37,357 nucleotides of DNA from Gammaproteobacteria bacterium (GCA_030040795.1 JASHTA010000490.1:1-37357), one strand, 5' to 3'. Counted from the stretch's first letter, positions 8,718-18,526 are shown. Numbers and translations are program-made. The notes: generated by a model from the letters alone, not told the origin.

Positions 8718-9596
8718 ATGAAGAAGATCCAATCGATTCTCGTCGCGGTCGAGCGCGGCGGCAATTCAAAACAGGTGGTTGGAAAGGCAGTCGTTCTCGC
8801 CCGCTGCTTCGGCGCGCGCCTCGAGCTGTTTCTCGGCAATGCCGAGTCCGCCTATGTGCAGCGCCATCAATACGAGGCGGGCGCGCTCGCGCGAGCGCGC
8901 GAATCGTGCATCGCCGAGTCGTGCGAGTATCTCGAGCGGCTCTGGAGCTCGCTCGCGATCCATGACGTGCCGGTCGCGATGAACGCCGCATGTGAGAGTC
9001 CCGGCTACGAGGGCATCGTCCACAAGGTGCAGCAATCCTCGCCGGATCTCGTGGTGCGCGGCATGGGCGAGGGAAATCACGGATCGGGGCGCGCGCTGGA
9101 TGCGAGCGACTGGGAGCTCGTGCGAACTTGCCCCGCTCCGCTCCTGCTCACGCGCGGGACGCCCTGGAATGAGCGTCCCGCCGTTGCGGCGGCCGTCGAT
9201 ATCGGGGGCGACGAGGCTGCGGCCGTCACGCGCTCGATTCTGCGTGCCGCCAAGCGCTTCTCCCTCGATTGCGACGGCACGCTGGATGTCGTGTATGCCC
9301 ACCACATGGAGCACGCCTCGCCCGAGACGATCGAGGCCGACCGAGCCGCCCTCGCCGAGCGCGCCCGTGAAGCGGACGTGCAACCGAGCGAGCTCTACGT
9401 CGTGATCGGCGAGCCGGCTGCATCGATCCCTCGGTTTGCGGAGAGGCACGCATACGACCTTCTGGTGCTCGGTGCGCTCACCCATCGAAAGGCGCTCACC
9501 GCGCTCGTCGGAACGCTCACCGGCCGGCTCATCGAGACGCTCGACTCCGACATCCTCCTGGTGAAGCCGCCCTTCTACCGATCGCCAGTGCGATGA
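8718..9596 (+). CDS. Universal stress protein, tandem-domain (UspE-like)
   Basis: ORF 8616..9596(+). ATG at 8718 gives MKKIQSILVAVERGGNS. There are two USP domains, the second ending LLVLGALTHRKALTALVGTLTGRLIETLDSDILLVK (G-x2-G-x9-G-T type nucleotide-binding motif). Confidence 0.8.
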   Translation: MKKIQSILVAVERGGNSKQVVGKAVVLARCFGARLELFLGNAESAYVQRHQYEAGALARARESCIAESCEYLERLWSSLAIHDVPVAMNAACESPGYEGIVHKVQQSSPDLVVRGMGEGNHGSGRALDASDWELVRTCPAPLLLTRGTPWNERPAVAAAVDIGGDEAAAVTRSILRAAKRFSLDCDGTLDVVYAHHMEHASPETIEADRAALAERAREADVQPSELYVVIGEPAASIPRFAERHAYDLLVLGALTHRKALTALVGTLTGRLIETLDSDILLVKPPFYRSPVR

Positions 9597-9636
9597 GACC
9601 CTGAAGGATCGCGCATCGGGCGGCCGGGGGACGCGC

Positions 9637-9656
9637 TCTACGTACATTCCCGCACG
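9637..9656 (+). promoter_or_regulatory. Candidate shared regulatory box CTACGTACAT-N3-CGCACGG
   Basis: It lies 46-55 nt upstream of the ftsH ATG. The 10-mer is identical to, and in the same gene-relative orientation as, the box upstream of the DUF2934-pfkA-CBS operon. Confidence 0.3.
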
Positions 9657-9691
9657 GCCATCGCGCCTCGACCGGCTTACTCTGATATGTC

Positions 9692-11719
9692 ATGGACGCT
9701 CCACAGAAGAAGGCCACGCTCGGGTACCTCATCGGAGCGCTGATCTTGGTTCTCCTCGTCCAGTGGCTCCTCAGCATTCCGGCCGCCGCGACCATCCCGT
9801 ACAGCGATTTCAAGGCGCTGCTGCGGGCCGGCAAGTTCCACGATGTGACCATCGGCAGCGAGACGGTCGAGGGCTCGGTGGACCTCACCGGAGCACAGGC
9901 ATTCCTGCCGGCGAGCACGATCGAGGCCATCAAGCGGCAGGGACTCGATGCGAATCCGCCTCCCGGCGCGAGCGTCTCTTCGCGCGCGAGTGCGTCTGCG
10001 GCCGCGACGCGGCCTCCCGGCCCGCCCCTTTATCGGGTAACGACGAGGCGCGTGGAGGATCCCCAGCTCACCGCCGAGCTCGACGCGGCCAAGGTGAGCT
10101 ACTCGGCGGCAAACGAGAATCACTGGCTGTCATCGCTACTGTCCTGGCTCGTGCCACTCGCCGTCATCATTGCGTTCTGGAGCTTCTTGCTCCGCAGGAG
10201 CGCGGGCGGCGGCGTCGGTTCGATGATGACGGTGGGACAGAGCAAGGCGAAGGTCTACGTTCAGTCCGAGACCGGGGTGCATTTCGGGGATATCGCAGGG
10301 ATCGACGAGGCGAAGGCGGAGCTCATGGAGATCGTCGAGTTCCTGCGCAACCCGGAGCGCTATCGCCGCCTCGGGGGCAAGATTCCGAAAGGCGTGCTGA
10401 TCGTCGGAGCGCCGGGCACCGGCAAGACGTTGCTCGCCAAGGCCGTCGCAGGGGAGGCGGGCGTCCCGTTCCTCTCGATCAGCGGGTCCGAGTTCGTCGA
10501 GATGTTCGTGGGGGTGGGCGCGGCTCGCGTCCGCGACCTCTTCGCGCAGGCCGAGCAGCGAGCCCCGTGCATCATCTTCATCGACGAGCTGGATGCGCTC
10601 GGCAAGGCCCGCGGCTTCAGCGGTCTCAGCGGCCACGACGAACGCGAGCAGACGCTCAATCAGCTGCTCGTGCAGATGGACGGTTTCGACACCCAGAGCG
10701 GCGTCATCATCATGGCGGCGACGAATCGCCCGGAGACCCTCGACCCGGCGCTCCTGCGGCCCGGACGGTTCGACCGGCACGTCGCTGTCGATCGCCCGGA
10801 CGTGAGAGGCCGCGAGCAGATCCTGAAGGTGCATACGCGTGGCGTGACACTCGCCCCGGACGTGAATCTCGCGGTCATCGCCGCCAAGACCGCCGGATTC
10901 GTCGGTGCGGACCTCGCGAACATCGTCAACGAGGCGGCCTTGCACGCGGCGCGGCTCGACAAGCCTGCCGTCGAGATGCGCGATTTCGACGAGGCCATCG
11001 ACCGCGTTGTCGGCGGCCTCGAGAAGCGCAACCGAGTGATGAATCCGGTCGAGAAGGAGACCGTGGCGTACCACGAGGCGGGACATGCGCTCATCGCGGA
11101 GTCGCGGCCTCATGCCGATCGCGTCAGCAAGATCTCGATCATCCCCCGCGGAATCGCCGCGCTCGGCTTCACCCAGCAGCTCCCGACCGAGGACCGATAC
11201 TTGCTCAAGCGCAGCGAGCTTCTCGATCGGTTGGACGTGCTCCTCGGCGGGCGCATCGCCGAGGAGCTCGTCTACGGCGATGTCTCGACGGGCGCTCAGA
11301 ACGATCTGCAGCGAGCGACCGACATGGCACGCCATATGGTCGCTCAATACGGTATGAGCGAGCGCCTCGGAACAGCCACATTGGAGGCGCCGCAACAGGC
11401 CTATCTCAACGTTCCCGATGGCCCAGCGACCCGCGGAGCATACAGCGAGCGAACCGCCCGCATCATCGACGAGGAAGTCTCGAAGCTCCTCGAGGAAGCG
11501 CACGGTCGAGTCCTGCGCACGCTTACTCAGAGGCGCTCTGCTCTGGATGAGCTCGCTCGCCTGTTGCTCAAGCAGGAGGTGGTGGAGCGGACGACATTGG
11601 ACGAGCTGCTCGCCCGGGCGAGCGACGGCGGCCGTTCGTCCGAAGACACTACGCCACGTCGCGACGTGGGGCTTCTGCCAGCTGCCGCTCGATCTCGAGC
11701 ACCTGAAGGTGTGTCTTGA
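9692..11719 (+). CDS. ftsH: ATP-dependent zinc metalloprotease FtsH (accessory paralogue)
   Basis: Two TM segments are present. Walker A is [22 protein letters not shown], Walker B is [12 protein letters not shown] is [20 protein letters not shown] and the zinc site is HEAGHAL. The periplasmic loop carries a Pro/Ser/Ala-rich insert ([26 protein letters not shown]). The last 71 nt overlap the convergent ppsA 3' end. Confidence 0.92.
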   Translation: MDAPQKKATLGYLIGALILVLLVQWLLSIPAAATIPYSDFKALLRAGKFHDVTIGSETVEGSVDLTGAQAFLPASTIEAIKRQGLDANPPPGASVSSRASASAAATRPPGPPLYRVTTRRVEDPQLTAELDAAKVSYSAANENHWLSSLLSWLVPLAVIIAFWSFLLRRSAGGGVGSMMTVGQSKAKVYVQSETGVHFGDIAGIDEAKAELMEIVEFLRNPERYRRLGGKIPKGVLIVGAPGTGKTLLAKAVAGEAGVPFLSISGSEFVEMFVGVGAARVRDLFAQAEQRAPCIIFIDELDALGKARGFSGLSGHDEREQTLNQLLVQMDGFDTQSGVIIMAATNRPETLDPALLRPGRFDRHVAVDRPDVRGREQILKVHTRGVTLAPDVNLAVIAAKTAGFVGADLANIVNEAALHAARLDKPAVEMRDFDEAIDRVVGGLEKRNRVMNPVEKETVAYHEAGHALIAESRPHADRVSKISIIPRGIAALGFTQQLPTEDRYLLKRSELLDRLDVLLGGRIAEELVYGDVSTGAQNDLQRATDMARHMVAQYGMSERLGTATLEAPQQAYLNVPDGPATRGAYSERTARIIDEEVSKLLEEAHGRVLRTLTQRRSALDELARLLLKQEVVERTTLDELLARASDGGRSSEDTTPRRDVGLLPAAARSRAPEGVS

Positions 11720-14081
11720 AGAGGGCATCCGGGTTGAGGCTGATGGAGTCGATTCCGAGCCGCACCAGGAATTCGGCGAGCTCCGGGTAATCGGACGGTG
11801 CCTGGCCGCAGATGCCGGAGTGGCGGTGATTGCGCCGGCAGCCTTCGACCGCGAGCTGAAGCATCTGCTTGACGCCAGGATCACGCTCGTCGAAGTCGAA
11901 CGCGACGATGGCCGAGTCGCGGTCGACGCCGAGGGTGAGCTGGGTGAGATCGTTGGACCCGATCGAGAAGCCGTCGAAGATCCGGCTGAACTCATCGATC
12001 AGGAGTACGTTGTTCGGGATCTCGCACATGACGTAGATCTCGAGTCCGTTCTTTCCCCGCTCGAGCCCGAGCTCCTGCATCCGCGCGACTACGCGTCTCG
12101 CCTCTTCCAGGCGCCGACAGAAGGGGATCATGAGCTTGATGTTCGCGAGCCCCATCGCCTCGCGTGCGTGCTTCATCGCCGCGCACTCCAGCGCGAAGCC
12201 CTCGGCGTAGGCGGGATGCGTGTAGCGCGAAGCGCCGCGAAAGCCGAGCATCGGATTCTCCTCGTGGGCCTCGAACCAGCGTCCGCCGAGCAGTCCTGCG
12301 TATTCGTTCGTCTTGAAGTCCGACATCCTCACGATCACGGGCTTCGGATGGAATGCCGCGGCGATGGTTCCCACGCCCTCCGCCAAGCGCTGGATGAAGA
12401 AGTCCGCCGGCCTCGCATAGTCCCGCGTCAGATCGAGCAGGGCACGGCGCTCGTCCTGGTCCTCGATGCGCTCCGGGTGAAGCAGAGCCATCGGATGAGC
12501 CTTGATGTACTCGGCGATGATGAACTCGATGCGCGCGAGGCCGACACCGTCGTTCGGAAGAAAGCTCGTCTGGAACGCGAGCTCGGGATTGCCGAGGATC
12601 ACCATGATCTTGGTGCGCGGGTGCGCGAGATTCGCGACATCCGTTCGATGGAGCTCGAACGGGATTGAGCCCTCGTAGACTTTCCCGATGTCACCTTCCA
12701 CGCAGGAGACCGTGACGGTCTCGCCCATCTTGAGGACCGAGGTCGCATTCTCGGTGCCCACCACGGCCGGGATGCCAAACTCACGGGCGACGATCGCGGC
12801 GTGGCACGTTCGGCCGCCACGGTTCGTGACGATTGCCGCGGCGCGCTTCATGATCGGTTCCCAGTCGGGCGTCGTGATGTCGGTTACGAGCACTTCGCCC
12901 GGCCTGAATTCGCCGAGGTGCGCCGCGCTCGCCACGACGTGCACCCTGCCGCTTCCGACGCGGGCGCCCACCGCATGCCCCGTGGTCAGCGTCTTGCCGG
13001 ATCCCTTCAGCGAGAACTCCTCGATCAGCGCGCCACGCTTCTGCGAGGCGACGGTCTCCGGACGCGCCTGCACGATGTAGAGCTGGCCGTCAACGCCGTC
13101 CTTGGCCCACTCGATGTCCATGGGCACCGCATGTCCGGCCTTCTCGGTGTAATGCCGCTCGATCTTCAAAGCGTAGTCGGCGAGCTGCAGTACATCCGCG
13201 TCCGTCAGGCAGAATCGGCCGCGATCGGCCTGTGGAGTCGGCACGTTGCGCGTGGCCTCGCGAGTGCCGCCCTGCGCGTAGACCATCTTGATCTTCTTGC
13301 CGCCGAGCGTGCGGCGCAGGACGGCCCGATGGCCGCTTTCGAAAGTCGGTTTGTGGACCAGAAACTCGTCCGGATCGACGGCGCCCTGGACGATGTTCTC
13401 ACCGAGGCCGTATGCGGCGCTCACGAGTACCACGTCGCGGAAACCCGTCTCGGTGTCGAGGGTGAACATCACACCGCTCGAGGCGAGGTCGGCGCGCACC
13501 ATCTTCATGACGCCGATCGAGAGGGCGACTTTGAAATGATCGAAGCCCTGATCGATCCGGTAGTGAATCGAGCGGTCGGTGTAGAGGCTCGCAAAGCAGC
13601 GCCGACAGGCATCGAGCAGCCGCTCGTCGCCGGACACGTTGAGGAACGTCTCCTGCTGCCCCGCGAAGCTCGCCGTCGGCAGATCCTCGGCGGTCGCGGA
13701 GCTGCGTACCGCGAGGGAGAGGTCCGGCCCGTACTCCTCCCGGAGCGCGCGGTAGGCTGCGAGGATCTCCTCCCTCAGGTCATCGGGCAACGGCGCGCCA
13801 TAGACGATCTCGCGGGCGCGATGCCCGCGGCGGGCGAGATCCTCCAGGTCGTCGCCCGTCAGGCCGTCGAGCGTCGTGTGCAGGGCGTCCCACGCATGAG
13901 CGTGGTCGAGCACGTACCGGTACGCCTCTGCGGTGATCGCAAAGCCGTTGGGCACTCTCACGCCCTGCGGGGTGAGCCGCCGGTACATCTCGCCAAGCGA
14001 CGCGTTCTTGCCACCGACGAGCCGAACGTCGCCGATTTCGATCTCGGCAAAGGAACGGATGTAGCGAGCTTTCGTTGGCAT
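11649..14081 (-). CDS. ppsA: Phosphoenolpyruvate synthase (pyruvate, water dikinase)
   Basis: ORF 11649..14798(-). ATG at 14081 gives MPTKARYIRSFAEIEIGDVRLVGGKNASLGEM. The phosphohistidine region is GGRTCHAAIVAREFGIPAVVG. A C-terminal PEP-utilising domain contains GICGQAPSD. The length of 810 aa is typical. The upstream 239 codons of the track ORF are Arg-rich junk. Confidence 0.92.
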   Translation of the reverse strand: MPTKARYIRSFAEIEIGDVRLVGGKNASLGEMYRRLTPQGVRVPNGFAITAEAYRYVLDHAHAWDALHTTLDGLTGDDLEDLARRGHRAREIVYGAPLPDDLREEILAAYRALREEYGPDLSLAVRSSATAEDLPTASFAGQQETFLNVSGDERLLDACRRCFASLYTDRSIHYRIDQGFDHFKVALSIGVMKMVRADLASSGVMFTLDTETGFRDVVLVSAAYGLGENIVQGAVDPDEFLVHKPTFESGHRAVLRRTLGGKKIKMVYAQGGTREATRNVPTPQADRGRFCLTDADVLQLADYALKIERHYTEKAGHAVPMDIEWAKDGVDGQLYIVQARPETVASQKRGALIEEFSLKGSGKTLTTGHAVGARVGSGRVHVVASAAHLGEFRPGEVLVTDITTPDWEPIMKRAAAIVTNRGGRTCHAAIVAREFGIPAVVGTENATSVLKMGETVTVSCVEGDIGKVYEGSIPFELHRTDVANLAHPRTKIMVILGNPELAFQTSFLPNDGVGLARIEFIIAEYIKAHPMALLHPERIEDQDERRALLDLTRDYARPADFFIQRLAEGVGTIAAAFHPKPVIVRMSDFKTNEYAGLLGGRWFEAHEENPMLGFRGASRYTHPAYAEGFALECAAMKHAREAMGLANIKLMIPFCRRLEEARRVVARMQELGLERGKNGLEIYVMCEIPNNVLLIDEFSRIFDGFSIGSNDLTQLTLGVDRDSAIVAFDFDERDPGVKQMLQLAVEGCRRNHRHSGICGQAPSDYPELAEFLVRLGIDSISLNPDALFKTHLQVLEIERQLAEAPRRDVA

Positions 14082-14218
14082 CGGTGTCTTCCACGTAGCG
14101 TTCGATCGGAGGCCCGCGGCACGGCGCATCGCGGAGGAACGCGATTTATTTATCGTTACATCGCTCGCCTGTGGACGGAATACGCAATTGTGCCTAAGTC
14201 CTCGGGCGACCCGCGCCA

Positions 14219-15265
14219 TCACCCGCGGCCGTTCGAGATGACCACCTTCAGCGCCCTGTTCTCGGCGGCCTGCGCGAACGTGTCGTAGGCCTTCATGAGC
14301 TCGCCGAGCGAGAAGTGGTGTGTGACGAGAGAGAGCGGCTGGAGCCGCCCCGAGAGGACGGTCTTGAGCAGCAAGGGCGTCGTGACCGTGTCGACCAGGC
14401 GGGTCGTGAGCGTGACGTTCTGGGACCACAGCTTCTCGAGGTGCAGCTCCACGCTCTTGCCGTGGACGCCGATGTTTGCGATCACGCCGCCCGGGGCAAC
14501 GATCGATTGGCAGAGCTCGAAGGTCTGAGGTACGCCGACCGCTTCGATCGCCGTATCGACGCCGCGGCCTCCGGATAGCTCGAGGATTCTCTCCGCCACG
14601 CGCCCGTCGCGGCTGTTCACCGACTGCGTCGCGCCGAGCCGCCTCGCCGTCTCGAGCCGATGATCGTCCATGTCGACCATGATGATCTCCGCCGGAGCGT
14701 AGAACTGCGCCGTGAGCAGCGTCGCGAGGCCGATTGGGCCGGCGCCGACGATCGCGACCGTATCGCCGGGGGAGACCTTGCCGTTGAGCACGCCGCACTC
14801 GTAGCCGGTCGGAAAGATGTCGCTCAACATCACAAACGGCTCGTCGTCGGCCGTCTCCGGGAGCCGATAGAGGCTCGTGTCGGCCCAGGGAGTGCGCACG
14901 AACTCAGCCTGCGTCCCATCGATCGTGTTGCCGAGAATCCAGCCGCCCTGGACGCAATGCGAATAGAGGCCCTTGCGGCAGCTCTCGCACTTCCCGCACG
15001 AGGTGATGCAGGAGATGAGCACCCGATCGCCAGGCTTGAAATGCGACACCGCGGAGCCGACCTGGTCGACGATTCCGACGCCCTCGTGCCCGAGGATGCG
15101 GCCCGTTGCGACGGTCGGCACATCGCCCTTGAGGATGTGCAGGTCCGTTCCGCAGATCGTCGTCTTGCCGATCTTCACGACCGCATCGGTCGGCAGCTCG
15201 ACAACCGGCTTGGGGCGCTCGGCGAGGACACGTTTTCCCGGACCGAGGTAAACGAGTGCTTTCAT
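14219..15265 (-). CDS. Zinc-dependent alcohol dehydrogenase (MDR family)
   Basis: ATG at 15265 gives MKALVYLGPGK and is preceded by AGGAG. The catalytic zinc motif is GHEGVGIV. Structural zinc cysteines are CGKCESCRKGLYSHC. The Rossmann motif is VGAGPIGL. The start overlaps the upstream OMP stop as ATGA. Confidence 0.88.
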   Translation of the reverse strand: MKALVYLGPGKRVLAERPKPVVELPTDAVVKIGKTTICGTDLHILKGDVPTVATGRILGHEGVGIVDQVGSAVSHFKPGDRVLISCITSCGKCESCRKGLYSHCVQGGWILGNTIDGTQAEFVRTPWADTSLYRLPETADDEPFVMLSDIFPTGYECGVLNGKVSPGDTVAIVGAGPIGLATLLTAQFYAPAEIIMVDMDDHRLETARRLGATQSVNSRDGRVAERILELSGGRGVDTAIEAVGVPQTFELCQSIVAPGGVIANIGVHGKSVELHLEKLWSQNVTLTTRLVDTVTTPLLLKTVLSGRLQPLSLVTHHFSLGELMKAYDTFAQAAENRALKVVISNGRG

Positions 15266-16770
15266 GGGGATGCTCCTGTGTGAGTTCGATCGTTCCACCA
15301 GCCTCCACCGAGCGCGACGTACAGCGCGACGGTGTCCTGGTATCGCACGGCAACCGCCTGCAGATCGCCAATCACCGCTTGGTGGTACTGGGCGTCGGCG
15401 CTCAAGACGTCGAGGTAGGTGTCGAGTCCCGCCTCGTAGTGGGTCTCGACGAGGTGCAGCGCCTGGCGGGCGGTGTCGAGCGCCTCGTCCTCGGCGCGCA
15501 GGGCCGAAGCATCGTGATCGAGCGCACGCAGCGCGTCGGCGACCTGCTCGAACGCACCGAGCACCGTTTGCCGGTACAGAGCCATCGCTTGGGTGTAATT
15601 CTCAACGGCGGCCTTGCGGTTGAACCACAGCGTGCCGCCCTCGAAGAGAGGCTGCCCCACGTCGGCCCCGAAGCTCCAGGCCTTGCCGTTCGCGGCGAAC
15701 AGGCGATTCGTCGCGGTGCCGGCCGCCGAGAACGATCCGTTCAGTGTCACGCTCGGCAAAAGGGCCGCGGTTGCGACCCCGACGTTGGCGCTCGCCGCGT
15801 GGGCCGTCGCCTCGGCCGCGAGGATGTCGGGGCGCTGGCGCAAGAGGTCGGAGGGCAGGCTCACCGGCAGGTCGCCCGGAAGCCGCAGATCCTTCAGGTC
15901 GATCGTGGGCGGGCTCCAGTCGGCCGGAACGTGGCCGACGAGCGTTGCGAGTAGATCGTCGCTCTCCGCAAGCTTCTGCTGTAGCTGCGGGATCGTCGCC
16001 TGGTAGGAGGCAAGCTGGCTTTCGAGCGACAGTACGTTCGAGTAGGGCTGAGTGCCGGAGTCGTACTGCACCCGGGCGAGCTTCACCTGCTCGCCCTGCA
16101 GCTCGATGAGCTGCCGGGTCGCATCGATTTCCGCACGGTATGCGGCCTCGGCGATAACCGTATTGACGATGTTCGAGAGCAGCGTGACGTAGGCAGCGTG
16201 CTCGGTGGCGCGCTGCACGTCGACCTGCGCCGCGAGTCCCTCGAGCTGCCGCCGCTCTCCGCCGAACACATCGAGCGCGTAGCTCGCCGAGGCGGAGAGC
16301 GTGAACAGATTGAAAAGGGTGGCGCGCGCGCTTTCTCCGAGCTGAACCAGCGAGAAACGCTCGCGCGTTGCGGCGGCGTCGGCATGGATCTGTGGGTAGA
16401 AGATGCCGTAGCCGGCCCGCAAGTCGTTCTCGCTCGCGCGCAGGCTCGCCTGCGCGGCGGCAAGGCCCGGATTGTTCGCGAGCGCTTCGCCGACGATGGA
16501 CTGAAGCTGCTTGGAGTTGAAGAGCCGCCACCAGTCTCCCGCGACATCTTTACCGGGATTGAAACGCTGCGCGACACCTTCCGCGGAGGAGGTCTCCCGC
16601 GGATCTTCCCCGAAACCGTAGTGCCTCACCGCAGGAGCGGCGGGGCTGTGAAAGCTCGGCCCGACGGCGCAGCCGGCAGCGCTGCACGCGAGCGCCGCCG
16701 CGAGGCAGGGTGCGAAGAGACGCCGAGTCGGCCTCCGGCACTCGAGCTCATTGTGATTTGACGTAGACAT
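15262..16770 (-). CDS. Efflux outer-membrane factor lipoprotein, NodT family
   Basis: The ORF 15262..17142(-) was trimmed to ATG 16770 (MSTSNHNELEC...). The lipobox is LACSAAGC. It has two OEP-type repeats and the characteristic C terminus ALYVALGGGWW. It overlaps the upstream adaptor gene by 23 nt. Confidence 0.85.
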   Translation of the reverse strand: MSTSNHNELECRRPTRRLFAPCLAAALACSAAGCAVGPSFHSPAAPAVRHYGFGEDPRETSSAEGVAQRFNPGKDVAGDWWRLFNSKQLQSIVGEALANNPGLAAAQASLRASENDLRAGYGIFYPQIHADAAATRERFSLVQLGESARATLFNLFTLSASASYALDVFGGERRQLEGLAAQVDVQRATEHAAYVTLLSNIVNTVIAEAAYRAEIDATRQLIELQGEQVKLARVQYDSGTQPYSNVLSLESQLASYQATIPQLQQKLAESDDLLATLVGHVPADWSPPTIDLKDLRLPGDLPVSLPSDLLRQRPDILAAEATAHAASANVGVATAALLPSVTLNGSFSAAGTATNRLFAANGKAWSFGADVGQPLFEGGTLWFNRKAAVENYTQAMALYRQTVLGAFEQVADALRALDHDASALRAEDEALDTARQALHLVETHYEAGLDTYLDVLSADAQYHQAVIGDLQAVAVRYQDTVALYVALGGGWWNDRTHTGASP

Positions 16771-17833
16771 CGACCAACTGTCCCGGATAAAGATGGAGGG
16801 TCTTCGGGTTCTGGAACCGGAAGATGACCGGCAGCACGCGCACGTCGACCAGCTCCTGGCGCTCGTTGGAGAGCTCGATCTTCGGGGAGATGTAGGGCTG
16901 CACGCGCACGAAGGTGAGCGGCACGCGATCGTTGGTGCCGCGAATGAACATCTCGGCCTGCACCTTCGGGGCGCTCGGCAGCTCGTGAACGAGGATCTCG
17001 TCGATATATGCCCGCACCTCGAGATGGCCTTGCGGCTTGCCCATGACGATGAGCGGATCGAGCCCTTGCGTGTACGAGTCGTACGCGCCCTGCGTCGAGA
17101 CGTAGCTGCCCGCGGTCGCCTCAACGGCGAGCACGACGCCATCGGAAGGCGCGCGGATGGTGTACTTGGCGAGCAGCGCGGCCGCCGCCAGATAGGACTT
17201 CTGCAGCGAAGTGTAGGTCCTCTCCTGGTTCTCGATGTCGTAAATCCACGCTCCCGCTTTCGTGAGCAGGTATTGCTTGTTGACGACCTCGAGGTTGGTG
17301 GCCGCGATGCGCTCCGCGTTGATGGCGTTGTCGAGATCGTTCTTGCTGACGGACTTCGGGTCCATCTCGTAGGAGCGCTGCTCTTTCGACAGCTGATCGC
17401 GCGCGTTCTTGAGCGTCGCGCGGGCGTTGTCCACCTGGGCCGCTGACACCGCGAGAGTCTCGGTACGCGGCTCGGCCTTCAGCTCGTGCAGCATCGTGAG
17501 AGCCGCCTCGGCCTGCGCTTGCAGCTGCTCGGCCGTGGCACGCTGAACGGAATCGTCGATCCTGACGAGCGGATCGCCCTGGTGCACCGCCTGACCCTCG
17601 GAGATGAGGACCTGTGTCACCGGGCCCGGCACCTCCGGGTAGATGTTGATGTTCTCGCCCTGATCCTGATCGCTCTCGATCATGCCTTCGGAGTAGATGC
17701 CGTGCGGATAGGGGCTGGCCGTCGGATTGAAGACCGGCGGTTGGGGTTTCGCCTGCCGGCTGAAGATGAAGGCGCTCACGAGCGCGAGCGTGAGTCCGAG
17801 ACCTGCGGCGATGAAGATGATCCTATTGTGCAT
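16748..17833 (-). CDS. HlyD-family periplasmic adaptor (membrane fusion protein, DevB-like)
   Basis: ATG at 17833 gives [24 protein letters not shown] (N-terminal TM). It has a lipoyl-like segment VTQVLISEGQAVHQGDPLVRID, a long coiled-coil and a beta-barrel tail. It overlaps the ATPase gene end by 11 nt. Confidence 0.8.
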   Translation of the reverse strand: MHNRIIFIAAGLGLTLALVSAFIFSRQAKPQPPVFNPTASPYPHGIYSEGMIESDQDQGENINIYPEVPGPVTQVLISEGQAVHQGDPLVRIDDSVQRATAEQLQAQAEAALTMLHELKAEPRTETLAVSAAQVDNARATLKNARDQLSKEQRSYEMDPKSVSKNDLDNAINAERIAATNLEVVNKQYLLTKAGAWIYDIENQERTYTSLQKSYLAAAALLAKYTIRAPSDGVVLAVEATAGSYVSTQGAYDSYTQGLDPLIVMGKPQGHLEVRAYIDEILVHELPSAPKVQAEMFIRGTNDRVPLTFVRVQPYISPKIELSNERQELVDVRVLPVIFRFQNPKTLHLYPGQLVDVYVKSQ

Positions 17834-18524
17834 CGAGCTCGCTCCGTTCAACGCCGGTTACCCGGCCGTCTTCCATTTTTAGGATGCGGTCGGCGAATTC
17901 GTAGATACGGCTGTCGTGTGTCACGATCACGATGCAGCGCTTGTCGGACAGCAGGTGCTCGCGGACGAACTGGACGATGGTGCGTCCGGTATCTCCGTCG
18001 AGCGAGGCGGTCGGCTCGTCGAAGATCATGATGTCGGGCCGGCTGATGATGGCGCGCGCGATCGCGACCCGCTGCTGTTCGCCGCCGCTCAGCTTGACCG
18101 GAGGAAGCCGGGCGCGGTTCTCGAGCCCCACCACTTCGAGGTCGCGCCGCGCCTCGGAGAGCGCCTCGTCCCAGTCCCGGTGCTGCAGAATGAGCGGAAG
18201 CGCGACATTCTCCGCGGTCGTCAGGCGCGGGAAGAGGTGATAGTCCTGAAACACGAAGCCGATCCTCCGCAGCCGGAACTCGGCGAGGGCGTCGGCGGCG
18301 AGGCTCCAGATGTCCGCGCCTTCGATCGTCACCGCGCCCGAATCGGGGCGCAGGATTCCGGAGATCATGCTAAGCAGGGTGGTCTTGCCGCTCCCGGAGG
18401 GGCCGACGACGTAGACCATCTCACCGAAGTTCGCCTCGAAGTTCACGTCCTTCACCGCATGGGTCCGAGCTTCACCCTCGCCGAACCACTTGTTGATGCT
18501 CGTCGCCTGGATCGCCGTCGTCAT
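17823..18524 (-). CDS. ABC transporter ATP-binding protein (DevA/MacB-ATPase-like)
   Basis: ATG at 18524 gives [24 protein letters not shown]. Walker A is GPSGSGKTT, the signature is [14 protein letters not shown] and Walker B is IMIFDEPT. It starts 2 nt after the permease stop (TGAccATG). Confidence 0.9.
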   Translation of the reverse strand: MTTAIQATSINKWFGEGEARTHAVKDVNFEANFGEMVYVVGPSGSGKTTLLSMISGILRPDSGAVTIEGADIWSLAADALAEFRLRRIGFVFQDYHLFPRLTTAENVALPLILQHRDWDEALSEARRDLEVVGLENRARLPPVKLSGGEQQRVAIARAIISRPDIMIFDEPTASLDGDTGRTIVQFVREHLLSDKRCIVIVTHDSRIYEFADRILKMEDGRVTGVERSELDAQ

Positions 18525-18526
18525 GG

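Noticed and set aside
8062-8991. 309-aa minus-strand ORF spanning the Host_attach gene in another frame and the USP 5' region
   Set aside because: It is out of frame or antisense relative to two well-supported genes, and its translation is Arg/Ser-rich.
10136-11995. 619-aa minus-strand ORF
   Set aside because: It is antisense to ftsH and the ppsA 3' end. The composition is low-complexity Ser/Arg/Ala and the plus-strand FtsH motifs are unambiguous.
11418-14288. Plus-strand ORFs of 416 aa and 495 aa
   Set aside because: They are antisense to ppsA, whose identity is well supported across its full length.
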